DNA of 64,000 nucleotides from Kiritimatiellia bacterium (GCA_017531445.1 JAFXKZ010000001.1:223037-287036), one strand, 5' to 3'. Numbered from the stretch's first letter, positions 27,688-38,297 are shown. Made by a program: numbers and translations. The notes: generated by a model not told the origin, from the sequence alone.

Positions 27688-29793
27688 TTATCGTGGCATC
27701 CGCTTGGGGCGGTTGGCCCTGGCAATTTGAGGTGGAATGCGCTCAATGACCAACGCCGTTCTCGCCGGAAGATAGAGACGGATGGCAAAGCAGCGTTCAT
27801 TCTCCCGGTCAATTGTTGTCAATGGGAATTCCTGACCCTGAATGACACGATTGAAGCCGCCAAAGTGTTCATTGTCGGTATCAAGCGCATGACGATAGAC
27901 GCCGGGTGGAACGATTAAGGGGTAATCAACGAGCGATTGTTCTGCATTGAAATTAAAGATAAAGAGCAATTCCCCACGCATAAAGGCAAGGATCTTTTCT
28001 TCATCATTGGCATAAATACGACGCGGGTAGGTGCCCTCAAGTGCTTTACGTCCATTGACGACCAAATTCATCATCGCTTCATCGAAATCGGCAAGTCCTT
28101 TGAAGCGCAATTCGGCATTGTCTCGGAGTGACCACTGCCGCCGGGCATAGTGATAGCTGTTGTTATTGCCTTCGCGAGGGAAATCAATCCATTCCGGATG
28201 GCCGAATTCATTTCCCATAAAATTAAGATAGGCGCAACAGCACCCCAACGTCGCCAAGCGCGCCATCTTATGAAGCGCGAGTCCGCGATCGATCAAGAGA
28301 TTTTGCGAACCGATATGCATCGCTTCGTACATCTCTTTGTCAATCATCTGGAAGATAAAACTCTTGCCTCCGACGAGTGCCTGATCATGGGATTCCACAT
28401 AGTTCACCGTTCGCTCATCTGCACGGCGATTGGTTAATTCATGCCAAAGGAAGTTGACAGACCAGTCTTCATCGCGAATATCGCGCACCAGCTTGAACCA
28501 ACATTCCGGTACGCCCATTGCCATACGGTAGTCGAAGCCGATGCCACATTCTTCAATCGGTGCGCCGATACCCGGCATACCGCTGACGTCTTCGGCAACC
28601 GTAAGAGCATCCGGACGAACGGTGTGAATCACCTGGTTGGCCAGCGTCAGGTAGGCGCAGGCATCTTCATCAACGGTGGCATCAAAATACATTCCATAGT
28701 TGGAGAAATCAACCCCAAGCCCATGGTGAAGATAAAGCATCGAGGTGACGCCATCAAAGCGGTAGCCATCAAAATGGAATTCGTCCAGCCAGAAACGGCA
28801 ATTGGAGAGCAAAAAGTGCAGGACGTCTGTCTTGCCATAATCAAAGCAACGTGAATCCCACGCGTCGTGCCACCCGCGCGAACCATCGTGGAAATACTGG
28901 TAAGCTGTGCCGTCAAAACGGGAGAGTCCGTCGCGCTCATTCTTTACGGCATGGGAATGAACAATGTCCATGATGACGGCAATGCCCATTCCATGTGCGG
29001 TATCAATTAACGCTTTCAAATCCTCCGGTGTGCCAAAACGTGAACTGGCTGCAAAGAAGCTGGAAACATGGTATCCGAAACTTCCATAGTAGGGATGTTC
29101 CATGATTCCCATAATCTGAAGCGTATTGTAGCCTGCAGCTTTAATGCGCGGAAGAATCGTTTCGGTAAACTCTGCGTATGTGCCAACGCCCTCCTTTTCC
29201 TGAGCCATTCCGATATGTGCTTCGTAGATGACAGGAGCGGTGGAGGTGCGCACAAAGGTGTTTTTCCAATGGTATGGGCGAGGTTGCCAGATCTGTGCCG
29301 CGAAGAGGCCTGTTTCCGGGTCTTGCACTACACGACGCGCATAGGCGGGGATACGCTCTCCCCTGCCGCCATTCCATAACACTTCCAAGCGATAAAATTG
29401 TCCATGACACAACTTGTCAAGTGAACCGCGCCATTCAAAGATGTCGCGGCCGGGGATCCGAACAGCCTGAAACTCCGGGCGGATCTCCCAGTTGGAAAAG
29501 TCGCCCACCAACCAGATTTGCGTTGCATTCGGTGCCCATTCGCGGAAGACCCACTCAGTCTTCATCCGATGTAAACCATAATACTCATGCGCACTGGCAA
29601 AGTTTGCCAGTGCTTGAGGTTCGGGGTCACCACCGGTTAGACGTTTCGCGACATCCTTTGCATGTTGAGAGCGTTGCTTGATGACGTCAGCATAAGGCGC
29701 AAGCCATGGGTCGTCTAAAAGGCGTGTGCGAGGTGTTGGCATCTCAGTTTCCCCCGTTGGTATAGGGATTCTGATTGGCATCGCCTCCATCAA
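27688..29793 (-). CDS. glgB: 1,4-alpha-glucan branching enzyme, GH13 (eukaryotic-type GBE)
   Basis: The GH13 conserved region II reads FHFDGYRFDGVTSMLYLHHG. Region I is DIVHSH and region III is GEFGHPEW. The N-terminal start is ambiguous (29793, 29781 or 29742). Confidence 0.8.
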   Translation of the reverse strand: MMEAMPIRIPIPTGETEMPTPRTRLLDDPWLAPYADVIKQRSQHAKDVAKRLTGGDPEPQALANFASAHEYYGLHRMKTEWVFREWAPNATQIWLVGDFSNWEIRPEFQAVRIPGRDIFEWRGSLDKLCHGQFYRLEVLWNGGRGERIPAYARRVVQDPETGLFAAQIWQPRPYHWKNTFVRTSTAPVIYEAHIGMAQEKEGVGTYAEFTETILPRIKAAGYNTLQIMGIMEHPYYGSFGYHVSSFFAASSRFGTPEDLKALIDTAHGMGIAVIMDIVHSHAVKNERDGLSRFDGTAYQYFHDGSRGWHDAWDSRCFDYGKTDVLHFLLSNCRFWLDEFHFDGYRFDGVTSMLYLHHGLGVDFSNYGMYFDATVDEDACAYLTLANQVIHTVRPDALTVAEDVSGMPGIGAPIEECGIGFDYRMAMGVPECWFKLVRDIRDEDWSVNFLWHELTNRRADERTVNYVESHDQALVGGKSFIFQMIDKEMYEAMHIGSQNLLIDRGLALHKMARLATLGCCCAYLNFMGNEFGHPEWIDFPREGNNNSYHYARRQWSLRDNAELRFKGLADFDEAMMNLVVNGRKALEGTYPRRIYANDEEKILAFMRGELLFIFNFNAEQSLVDYPLIVPPGVYRHALDTDNEHFGGFNRVIQGQEFPLTTIDRENERCFAIRLYLPARTALVIERIPPQIARANRPKRMPR

Positions 29794-31315
29794 AGAGTTC
29801 GGTTAATGGACGTTGCAACATCGCCTCATAGATTTTGATGTATTCGGCTGCACATGCTTCATGGTTGAATCGCTGCTTGGCATCCACCATAATACGTGCA
29901 ATCTGTGCTTCACGGACATCCGTAGGAAGGCGATAGAAGTCCATCGCACGGTCGATTGCCCATTCCAAGCCTTCGCTGTCATAGAACTTGAAGGGGAAGC
30001 CATTACCGGTATTGTTGGCGACATCCAGCATTTCAACGGTGTCGTGCAAGCCTCCGGTATCATGTGCAATCGTAAGCGAGCCGTAGATAGGGGCGACCAT
30101 CTGCGGCAGACCGCAGGGTTCAAAGAGCGATGGCATCAATGTGAAATCGCTGGAGGCATAACCCAAGCGCGAGATGTGTTCATCAAAGTCCACGACCGCC
30201 AGACGTCCATAGAGGTTGTGGAAGCCGAGGATATCGCGGAATGCCTGTTGATAGGGTCCGTTAGCCACAACGGCGAACTGGATGTTGTCATCGCGGTACT
30301 TCTCAAGAATCTTATAGAGAATCTCGGTGAGCAACTGCGGACCTTTTTGGACGGGATCCAGACGACTGGGCCAGAAGAAGAGCGGTGCATCGGGGTTTTT
30401 GAACAGTCCCACCTTCTCTTGGAACTGCATCTTGTTGGAGATTTTTGCGGCATGATGCGTTTGGGCGTTGTAGTTCACCTTCAGGTTCGCATCGGTTTCC
30501 GGATTGTAGCTGTCATCCGGAGCATTCAAGATGCCGCTGGCACAACCCGCATTGTATTTGGCGATGACTTCGTTGCGGAACTGTCCGGGGATGAAGTCAA
30601 ACCACCCACGCACAATCTCTTCCAGGAAGGTGGGGGAGACCGAGTTGATAAAGTGCGAGGCGAAGACGCCGGAAGTCAGAAAGTCGACAGGATTGGTGTC
30701 ACGGCTCTCAAAATAATCATAGGGAGGACGCGAGTAGAAGAGGTTCTTCCAGAATTCTGCTGCATCAATGCCAGCGTATTCAATTTCGCCCAAGCAACGA
30801 TGCACGGTGTGAATATTGTGAATCGTGAAGAGGCAGGGGATGCCCAAACGGCGCGCAGCTGCCGGAATCAATCCTGTCATCCAGTCATTGCAGTGAATCA
30901 AATCAGGCTGCACGGTTGGAATGATGTTGTTGATAACTTCGCGTTGGAACGCGAGAGCCAGATGGGGATTCTCATCACCTTGCGAATAGACGGTATCACG
31001 ATAATAAAAGCAACGATCCTCTGCCAAATGGATACGGCTGTCGGGCAAGTGCGCCTGATAGGTGCGCAGTTCATCTGCAATCAGACGGCCGACATCAACG
31101 TGGAACATACGGCGATAGTGCGGAAGTGCCACGTGAACATCTGCACCCAACTGGAACAGACGCGCCACCAAACTGGCGGAAACGTCTGCCAGGCCGCCAG
31201 CTTTCGCGCTCAACTTATCGGCCATGTTGCCCATTCCTGCGGGCAAATAGGTGATTTCCGGCGTGACGATTAAGATGCGCGGTTTGCGTTTTTCAGCGTT
31301 TTTCATCTGAGGCAT
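29744..31315 (-). CDS. glgA: glycogen/starch synthase (GT5)
   Basis: RILIVTPEITYLPAGMGNMADKLSAKAGGLADV is the K-x-GGL-x-DV ADP-glucose binding motif. Length is 523 aa. Confidence 0.8.
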   Translation of the reverse strand: MPQMKNAEKRKPRILIVTPEITYLPAGMGNMADKLSAKAGGLADVSASLVARLFQLGADVHVALPHYRRMFHVDVGRLIADELRTYQAHLPDSRIHLAEDRCFYYRDTVYSQGDENPHLALAFQREVINNIIPTVQPDLIHCNDWMTGLIPAAARRLGIPCLFTIHNIHTVHRCLGEIEYAGIDAAEFWKNLFYSRPPYDYFESRDTNPVDFLTSGVFASHFINSVSPTFLEEIVRGWFDFIPGQFRNEVIAKYNAGCASGILNAPDDSYNPETDANLKVNYNAQTHHAAKISNKMQFQEKVGLFKNPDAPLFFWPSRLDPVQKGPQLLTEILYKILEKYRDDNIQFAVVANGPYQQAFRDILGFHNLYGRLAVVDFDEHISRLGYASSDFTLMPSLFEPCGLPQMVAPIYGSLTIAHDTGGLHDTVEMLDVANNTGNGFPFKFYDSEGLEWAIDRAMDFYRLPTDVREAQIARIMVDAKQRFNHEACAAEYIKIYEAMLQRPLTELFDGGDANQNPYTNGGN

Positions 31316-31335
31316 GATGGATACTCCTGGTTGAT

Positions 31336-31785
31336 TTAAGGTTCAGCGTCGGGCTGCGCGTCCTGAGCGATGTCAGGCATAATACTTTTGCGCAGTTCTT
31401 CGATGCGATTGTTGTTCGCTTCTGCAATAGCCTGAAGTTCCATGATTTCAGGTGACTGCATTGAGGCTTCGGAAATCTGTTTGTCGAGTGCTTCCAACTG
31501 TTCAATGAGTTTGGCTCTTTCTTCGCGTAAGCGCGCCACTTCGGGGGTGGTCAAGCGTCCGCTTTTCAGCAAAATCGTCTGTTCTTTTTTGAGCCTGTTG
31601 GCATAAGCACGGCGGGCGCTCAACTCTGTTTGCTGGCGGCGGAGTGGAATCTTGATCGGCTCAATCTGCGCCTGGATCATGGCCTCGTGCCGTTGTGCGA
31701 ACTGTGCAATAGGAGAGGTCGCCCGGAGGTAGCCTGAAAGCCCGAGCAACATCACGACTGTAAGTATTTTCGTCATCCGTTTCAT
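31336..31785 (-). CDS. periplasmic coiled-coil protein, hypothetical
   Basis: It has a signal peptide (MKRMTKILTVVMLLGLSGYLRA). The remainder is charged, heptad-like sequence. Length is 149 aa. Confidence 0.45.
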   Translation of the reverse strand: MKRMTKILTVVMLLGLSGYLRATSPIAQFAQRHEAMIQAQIEPIKIPLRRQQTELSARRAYANRLKKEQTILLKSGRLTTPEVARLREERAKLIEQLEALDKQISEASMQSPEIMELQAIAEANNNRIEELRKSIMPDIAQDAQPDAEP

Positions 31786-32255
31786 CCAATAACGACCTTA
31801 ACTGTCTAAAGTATGCGCTTTTATTCATAAAAAAGCAAGAGTTAATCGCTTTTTATCGCGAAAATTAAAGGGAGTATGAGATTTTTTCAGCGGAGTCGCC
31901 CTCAAACGAGGTGGATTTCGCGCAGGAATCGTATGGTTGTTGACCTGAACGTCTGGCGTTGTGTAAGTGAAATCTGGAGGAAAGGGTGAGGTCGTTTTCG
32001 TTGAGGAGGTCGCTTGCTGTGGCGGAAATCTGCACGGCGGTGTGTCTGGGACGAGGCGGATGCGTGGGATATTGTCCAAAAATATTCAACCGATTGACCG
32101 CAAATTACCTGCAAACACCATAATGGGCAAGAAGGCGTGTTGTGGCTTGGCTGTGGTCGGCGAAATGCGTATTGTTCGGGTGCGGCGCATACTGTATGGG
32201 CAGAGCGGATCTTTCTTTTTAGCAGTATATTACAGGAATCTGCGTGTGCCCGCCC

Positions 32256-32290
32256 AAAACAAAAAACCTCAAAGTCAAACGACTTCAAGG
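32256..32290 (-). terminator. intrinsic terminator downstream of tRNA-Ser
   Basis: On the minus strand, cttgaagtc gttt gactttgag forms a 9-bp stem with two G-U pairs. It is followed by gttttttgtttt. Confidence 0.5.
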
Positions 32291-32310
32291 CCTCTTTATT
32301 TAATCTCAAC

Positions 32311-32401
32311 TGGCGGAGAGGGAGGGATTTGAACCCTCGGTACCCACAAGGAGTACACAAGATTTCCAGTCTTGCGCCTTCGACCACTCGGCCACCTCTC
32401 C
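32311..32401 (-). tRNA. tRNA-Ser (anticodon GGA), with encoded CCA
   Basis: The reverse complement reads GGAGAGGTGGCCGAGTGGTCGAAGGCGCAAGACTGGAAATCTTGTGTACTCCTTGTGGGTACCGAGGGTTCAAATCCCTCCCTCTCCGCCA. The anticodon loop CTGGAAA gives GGA, the variable arm is long, and the T-loop reads GGTTCAAATCC. Confidence 0.9.
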
Positions 32402-32687
32402 TGAAAAAGTGGCATTCATTATGCCAAATCATTTTATAAATGGCAAGAAGTTTTTCATAAAACGTGCAAAATTCTTTGCTGAATGATGGAGATTGCGAGG
32501 TTCTTAAGGCGTTTCTTTTTCGGACTGTGGTCTGTTTGCTGCAAAAATGTGTGCAGTCTCAGACTGGTGAAGGCGAGTGTGTAATAGGTGCATACGCAAC
32601 AGGTTCGGCTTCCGGCGCAGGGATTGTCAGTTCGGTGAAGGGCGGGTGTGCAATAGGCGTATTTTTGAAGTCTGTTCAGAAACACAG

Positions 32688-33491
32688 CTACCCTCCAATC
32701 AGGATGTCAAGCATCGTACGCCTGGCTCCGGGTAGAAGCTCCAGATGCTCTGCAAGAAAAACACCGAGAAATCTGCGCAATCCAAACATCCCGGCAAAGG
32801 GTTCCGGGCGGCCTAATTCATCCGTACGTGACGTTCCACGGGCGGCCGAGAGAAGCGCAGGCAGGGGCGTATTGGCAAAGTGTGCGAAGAGCTCGCGCAT
32901 CTCACGATGAAGCGTGAGGGTTACGGGGCGGGTGAGCCGTGAGGGGCGGTGCTTGCAAATGGCGTAACCTTCCTCAACGGAAAATGTGATAAACTCTGAC
33001 GGCGGACAGTGTGGGCATTGGGTGAAGTCCGGGCGCAGTCCTAGCAAATGCAGTAATCGGCACTCATACCAAAGCGCGGCCAAGGCCGATTCGTGCCGGT
33101 TGCAGTATTGCACCGTATCCAATGCCTGCGTTAAGGTGACGTAAAGCGCGTCGTGTTTTTGTTCGGCGTGAGTGGTGCGCAGGGTTAAATCGCAGAGATA
33201 GCTCGCCGCGGTTGCCCGATGCCAGGTGTGATGCAATGCTTCCCGGAATTGCAACGGTGTGCATTCGCGGATATGATGGACGCCATGATTCCCTCTTGCA
33301 TAGAAAATCAGTTCGCAGGTGTAGCCGATATCATACTTTCCGAGAAACGCACTCTTGGGGCGTTGTGCCCCCTTGACGGGTGTGGAGATGCACCCGTTGG
33401 TGCGTGTCATCCACGTTACCATGTGCGACGTCTTTGAAAACGGCCGCACATTGAGGCAAATGGCTTCACTTTTAATGAGCTGAATGGTCAT
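32688..33491 (-). CDS. recO: DNA repair protein RecO
   Basis: Length is 267 aa. A Cys-rich zinc motif is present (CPHCP ... C). Its size and position in an rpoN-downstream gene string fit RecO. Confidence 0.65.
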   Translation of the reverse strand: MTIQLIKSEAICLNVRPFSKTSHMVTWMTRTNGCISTPVKGAQRPKSAFLGKYDIGYTCELIFYARGNHGVHHIRECTPLQFREALHHTWHRATAASYLCDLTLRTTHAEQKHDALYVTLTQALDTVQYCNRHESALAALWYECRLLHLLGLRPDFTQCPHCPPSEFITFSVEEGYAICKHRPSRLTRPVTLTLHREMRELFAHFANTPLPALLSAARGTSRTDELGRPEPFAGMFGLRRFLGVFLAEHLELLPGARRTMLDILIGG

Positions 33492-33494
33492 CGT

Positions 33495-34394
33495 TTACCG
33501 GGCAAATGTGGTGCGGTAAATTTCCGCCCACTCTTCAAAGGCCATCTCCAGATATTCGGGCGCAAAAGCCGAGGCGTGGGGCAGAAGATAACATCGGGCG
33601 GTGCTTCTCAGAAGCCCGTCTTCCGGATAAGGTTCGTAAGGGGTGACGTCTAAAAATGCCGCTTCCAAGCGTTGTTCGTTGAGTGCTTGAGCAAGGGCGC
33701 GTTCGTTAATGGCATTCCCGCGCCCGACATTGATGATGACCGCATGGGGTGGAAGTGCGGCTAATTCCTGCGCATCGATAATGTTGGTGGTTTCCGGTGT
33801 GCCGGGAAGGGCTAAAAAGAGTGCGTCGGCTTGCGGAAGTAATGTGGGCAGATCGGCAAGATTTTTCCGCGTGATACCGGTAGAGGTTACGCCGAGTGCG
33901 GCAAGTTTCTCTCCGATGGCTTTCCCGATGTTGCCATGGCCCAAAATAACCGCGTGGCTGCCGGAAATCGTGCGTCTGCCGATTAAATGTTCCGGCCATG
34001 GGGCTTCAGTGGTGCAGAGTCCCATCCCCGGGAGCAGTCCGCGCCGCATGGCGAGCAGCATCCCGATAGCCGTTTCGGCCATGATGGCTCCGTGGAAGGT
34101 GCCGAAGGTCACCTTCAAGTGTTCCGGGAAACGGTCGCCGAGCAATTCACGTCCGGCGGCCGGAGTGGACATCCATTTTGCCCGGTAAATGAGGGGTGAC
34201 CAAGCTTCGCAGAAGTGGTAGGTCATAATGAATGTGGCGCGAGAAAGATTGGCGACAAACGCTTCTTGCGTGGTGACGTGCAGGAATTCCAATTCCGGGA
34301 AGCGTGCCTGCCAACGTGCAATCTGTGCTTCAGTTACCGTAAACTCTGCTACGCCACGAAGCGTAAGCCATACTAAAACAATCGGTTTTTCCAT
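33495..34394 (-). CDS. D-isomer-specific 2-hydroxyacid dehydrogenase family protein
   Basis: The NAD-binding motif is GHGNIGKAIGEKL. The catalytic region reads RGNAINE ... H. An internal Met start, MEKPIVLV, has a GAGGA RBS. Confidence 0.8.
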   Translation of the reverse strand: MEKPIVLVWLTLRGVAEFTVTEAQIARWQARFPELEFLHVTTQEAFVANLSRATFIMTYHFCEAWSPLIYRAKWMSTPAAGRELLGDRFPEHLKVTFGTFHGAIMAETAIGMLLAMRRGLLPGMGLCTTEAPWPEHLIGRRTISGSHAVILGHGNIGKAIGEKLAALGVTSTGITRKNLADLPTLLPQADALFLALPGTPETTNIIDAQELAALPPHAVIINVGRGNAINERALAQALNEQRLEAAFLDVTPYEPYPEDGLLRSTARCYLLPHASAFAPEYLEMAFEEWAEIYRTTFAR

Positions 34395-34401
34395 AACGTC
34401 C

Positions 34402-35877
34402 TCACAATCTTTGGCGGCGTTCCCTCGTGGAGGGAATGCCGAGTTGTTCACGATATTTGGCAATGGTCCTTCGCGCAAGTGCGATGCCCTGCTGCTCAAG
34501 TGCGAGCATCAAGGCTTGGTCGGAAAGGGGGCTTCGGGCATCTTCCCCGTCAATCAGCTTCTTCAAGGCCGATTTGGCATGTTGCTCTGAAACGGTGCTT
34601 TCTCCGTTAGTTCCCGGGGAGGGCAACGCGTGCGTGAAGAATGCTTTCAGCGGCAATGTCTTCCCCTTCCCGGAGAGATGGACCATTTTTTCCTTGAGTG
34701 TGCGCGAGATGGTGCTTTCGTCATAACCGATGGATGCGGCGATATCACGCTGCAACAACGGTTTGAGTGTGGCCGGGTCTCCGCCGCTTTCCAGAAAATC
34801 GACCTGATGATCAAAGATAAGTTGTGCAACGCGACGCAAGGTTTCGTTCCGTTCACGGTAGGCTTCTGCCCAGAGACGTGCCTGCGCTTCCAATTCCGCA
34901 ACCGCACCACGCTCTTCGGGCGTTCGGATATGGGATTTTGCCATTTGCACCACGGCTTCATTGACCTTGAAAAGCGGGAGCTGTTCCTCATAGCAACGTG
35001 CATGCCATGTGCCATCGGACAACCGCACTGCGGTGACTTCCGGCGGCTCCGGTGGTGGTTTCCCGGCGAATGCCCGCCCGGGAAAGGGATTGAGTGTCCG
35101 CAGATAGGCAAGTGCCTGTTTCAATTCTTCCGGCGAACAATGCAAGGTGCGGGCGAGCCGCTCGGGAGGGTCGGTAAGAAGTGCATTGAGCCGATGGCAG
35201 AGTCTCCGGCGAAGGTCGCGTTCCGGAGCATACGCAGGATCGGCGCGAACTTGCAGTTCCAGACATTCCGCCAACGTCCGTGCGCCGACGCCGGGCGGAT
35301 CAAGTGTCTGCACGAGGCGGATGGCTTCGGTGATATCTTTCTCTGCGGCGCGGGGCGGTTGTCCATGGTGAAGCTCCCACCAGCCGGCCAGCAAGGCATG
35401 GGGTGTTTGGCGCAAATAGCCATCATCATCCAACGCATCGCAGAGATAGAGCAGTTGTTCACGCAGCGCGCCCGGTGCGTATTGTTGCAGCACTTGCGTT
35501 TCCAGATGCCGGTAAAGTGTTTCGGGTTCTGTCAATAGCAGCAAGCGTCGGTCGTGGCGCAGCTGTTCTGCCTGACGATCGATCCAGTCGCGTTGCTCGC
35601 CAAAACCTTCGCGGTTGGCATTAAAGTAATCCGGATTGTCCGCTTGCTCCATGTCGCTTACCGCCGCTTCATGAAAACTGCCTGCACTTGTTTCCAGAAG
35701 CGCAGGGGCGTATTCCAAAAAGGGATTTTGCTCTGCCCGTTGGCGCAATTCGCTGGAAAGTTTCTGAAGCGGCAACGCCAACAATTGCAAACGTTGTTGC
35801 GCCTGCACCGAGAGTTGTAACTCTTGGTGTTGGCGTTGCTGTTGGCGCAGATCGGAAACTTGTGCAAGAGCTGCCAT
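34402..35877 (-). CDS. rpoN: RNA polymerase sigma-54 factor
   Basis: A Gln/Leu-rich N-terminal region I is present. The C-terminal HTH and RpoN box read ARRTIAKYREQLGIPSTRERRQ. Confidence 0.9.
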   Translation of the reverse strand: MAALAQVSDLRQQQRQHQELQLSVQAQQRLQLLALPLQKLSSELRQRAEQNPFLEYAPALLETSAGSFHEAAVSDMEQADNPDYFNANREGFGEQRDWIDRQAEQLRHDRRLLLLTEPETLYRHLETQVLQQYAPGALREQLLYLCDALDDDGYLRQTPHALLAGWWELHHGQPPRAAEKDITEAIRLVQTLDPPGVGARTLAECLELQVRADPAYAPERDLRRRLCHRLNALLTDPPERLARTLHCSPEELKQALAYLRTLNPFPGRAFAGKPPPEPPEVTAVRLSDGTWHARCYEEQLPLFKVNEAVVQMAKSHIRTPEERGAVAELEAQARLWAEAYRERNETLRRVAQLIFDHQVDFLESGGDPATLKPLLQRDIAASIGYDESTISRTLKEKMVHLSGKGKTLPLKAFFTHALPSPGTNGESTVSEQHAKSALKKLIDGEDARSPLSDQALMLALEQQGIALARRTIAKYREQLGIPSTRERRQRL

Positions 35878-35920
35878 CGGGGGAATCTGCCCTTTCCGGA
35901 AGAAGCGATTGCGAAAACGG

Positions 35921-36469
35921 TCAATCCATCAGTGCCGCTTCAAAGACGTCTTTCGCTGTTCCCGGCGCGACGGCCTCAAGAATCAGACGTGCGAAATCGG
36001 CAAAACATCCGGGACCTGCGGCGGTAATCAATGAACCATCGCGCAGGGCGCGGACACGTTGATATCCTTCACCAAGCAATTCAATGAATTCCGGAGCCGG
36101 ATAACACGTTGCCCGATGCCCCTCAAGAATACCGGCAGCCGTTAAGACTAATGCCGGAGCTGCGCAGATGGCGCAAATCAGTTTGCCCTGTGAGTGGTAA
36201 TCCTTCAAGAGTTCCAAAACGCCTTGGGTTGCGGCTAACGCCTGAGAGCCGCCCAAACCGCCCGGTAAAATGATCCCATCATAAAGTGCGCTGTCCAGTT
36301 CGGTCAGGCAAAGCTCCGCCTCCACGGCAATCCCGTGTGCGCCAAGTGTGAGCGGCGTTTGGTTCAGTGTACACGTTGTCACCTCCACCTGCCCGCGCCG
36401 CAAGAGATCAAGCGTGCCGAGTGCTTCAATCTCTTCAAATCCGTTTGCCAGTAATAACAACAGTTTCAT
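35921..36469 (-). CDS. DJ-1/PfpI family protein
   Basis: Translation from the internal Met MKLLLLLANGFEE (AAGGAGG RBS) is ~182 aa. The conserved nucleophile elbow reads ICAICAAP. Confidence 0.8.
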   Translation of the reverse strand: MKLLLLLANGFEEIEALGTLDLLRRGQVEVTTCTLNQTPLTLGAHGIAVEAELCLTELDSALYDGIILPGGLGGSQALAATQGVLELLKDYHSQGKLICAICAAPALVLTAAGILEGHRATCYPAPEFIELLGEGYQRVRALRDGSLITAAGPGCFADFARLILEAVAPGTAKDVFEAALMD

Positions 36470-36588
36470 ATTGCCTCCTTGTGCTCCATATGCAATCAGT
36501 ATACCAAACAATGAAAGAGGTGAAAACTTTTCATCTTTTCTTCTTTGAGCGGGCGAATATTCCGGATGTCAGTGTAGGTGCTCCGCAG

Positions 36589-36685
36589 GCTGTTTCAGAT
36601 GTCGGCGACAGTGCATTGGAACGTGGGCGAAATCGGGGCACAACATGGGCGGCGTTGAAGTGGAAGATGGGCGATGTTCTCCGGC
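36589..36685. repeat. copy of the dispersed repeat family
   Basis: gctgtttcagatgtcggcgacagtg ... gaacgtgggcgaaatcgg ... caacatgggcggcg ... gaagatgggcgatgttc. It shares the gctgttt(c/t) start and cgccgacattg with the 60707 copy. Confidence 0.55.
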
Positions 36686-37163
36686 ACTCTCCCGGACGTT
36701 CTTCCGTGTGCGGCGTGAAACTCACTCCGGGGGAGAACGTTCTTTCTGTCTTCCATTGATGCAAGCGGGGTTTATCGGTTGTGGCACCGATAGTTTTACC
36801 CCCGTGTTCTCCAATAGTTCTTTACCTTTTTTGCTTCGCACATTGCGGGGCGACGCATCGTTGTGGCCGCAGTTTTCAGCGAAGCCGTTGCTTTTGTTGC
36901 AAACGATACGTCACTGTTAATGGCTTCAAAATGCTTGAATTGTAAATAGTCTTTTGGATTTCAGATATCCGCTGAGTTTCAGCGTCTTCTTTCTACAGAC
37001 GTTAAAGGGTCTTTGCAGATCTCAACTCCGGGGCGTTTGTATCTCATTTTCAGATGCGACGACACCTGTCCAGACGTGATTGCGCCTGTGTGCGTGTCCG
37101 GAGAGTGTTCCCGAGTGCCCGTCGATAGGCGGCGAGGGGATGGGGTAAGGAGGCGCGTATGCC

Positions 37164-38051
37164 TTAACGGATGGGCGGCTGAAGACCGTCTTGCAAAAGT
37201 TGGATTGCCATATGACTGTCATTGCAAGGCTCTTCAGAACGATAGGTCCATAGAATTTCTTTTGCCGGTGTGACTTCAAACGCTCCAACGCCTTTACCAT
37301 AACCATAACAGCCAATGATCAGATTGCCATTGGGTAGGAGATGAAGCCCGGTCATGTTTTTAATCGGCAGGCCCGTCTCGCTTGCGTTAAGCTCCCACAA
37401 GAGAACGTTCCCCGGCGACCATTTCTGCACTCTGGCCAGACTTGAGATATAGATGTTTCCCTCGTGATCGGCAATGGCTGCGAATGCCAGGCCGGGTACT
37501 TTTTGTGACCAGACGGGGTGTTTAAGTTCTCCCGGCGCGTAGCGTTCAACAATATTTGCGCCGGAGCGGCACACAAGCGTACTGCCATCAGGCAGTCGTC
37601 TTGCCATACGCAAGGTTTGGTGACGATTGCGGTGATTGAGGGGGACTTGGATAATGTTCCGCTTTTCACCGGAAGGCGTGAGTTCAAAAACGCGTCCGGT
37701 GCTGTTCTCTGCAATGAGGGTAGAGCCGTCCGGCAGCCGTTGTGCGGAATAACAGCCGCCTCCGGTTTGTTCTTCGGCGCGATATTCCCACACGCAGTTG
37801 CCCTTCGGGTCGGCCTCCCATACGCGCCCGTCGGCAATGAGTAAATGCCCGTTCGGCAGGTGCCAGGCATCATTATTGTTTCCACCTTTCCAGCGGTGCA
37901 ATTGGGTGCCGTCCGGGGAGACGGTGGCCAGATAGTTGTTGCCGGCGAGGAAAAGTGGTGCAGCGGGGGCACCTTTACTGAATACACCTGCAAGGAGTGT
38001 TGCCGTAAATCCCATCAAGATCAAAACGGATAAATGCAATTTCATACTCAC
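37164..38051 (-). CDS. secreted beta-propeller-like protein, hypothetical
   Basis: It has a signal peptide (MSMKLHLSVLILMGFTATLLA). Repeated DG/NG-turn-rich segments are typical of beta-propellers (DGTQLHRW, PDGSTLIAENSTGRVFEL, PDGSTLVCRS, PNGNLIIGCYG). Confidence 0.5.
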   Translation of the reverse strand: MSMKLHLSVLILMGFTATLLAGVFSKGAPAAPLFLAGNNYLATVSPDGTQLHRWKGGNNNDAWHLPNGHLLIADGRVWEADPKGNCVWEYRAEEQTGGGCYSAQRLPDGSTLIAENSTGRVFELTPSGEKRNIIQVPLNHRNRHQTLRMARRLPDGSTLVCRSGANIVERYAPGELKHPVWSQKVPGLAFAAIADHEGNIYISSLARVQKWSPGNVLLWELNASETGLPIKNMTGLHLLPNGNLIIGCYGYGKGVGAFEVTPAKEILWTYRSEEPCNDSHMAIQLLQDGLQPPIR

Positions 38052-38297
38052 CTCTTCAGTTTAGAGACGCCAACAGTTTCAGGGGCTTCCGGCGTTTCTT
38101 CGGTCGAATGGAACAATGTTCTTCACATGGATATTCTCAAGGAGGGATCAACGTGTAATCAGAGTTTACTAAAAAAAGCGGCGTTTGAAAAGCGGGATGT
38201 ATTCCTATTATGGTATGCGTCCATTTGATATTTTGACTGACAATCCCGGGAAGATGCGTAATCAGATTAAAAAGATGTGGAGATGGATTTCGTTTTG

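Noticed and set aside
29813-31273. 486-aa plus-strand ORF
   Set aside because: It is antisense to glgA, which has the clear K-x-GGL-x-DV motif. No motifs were found in the plus-strand ORF.
34630-35538. 302-aa plus-strand ORF
   Set aside because: It is antisense to rpoN.
36880-36935. tmRNA-like tag reading frame (gcaaacgat... resembling the AANDENY tag start)
   Set aside because: No tRNA-like acceptor or T-arm (GGTTCGA.TCC...CCA) was found nearby. The encoded tag does not end in a hydrophobic ALAA-like tail. This is probably chance.
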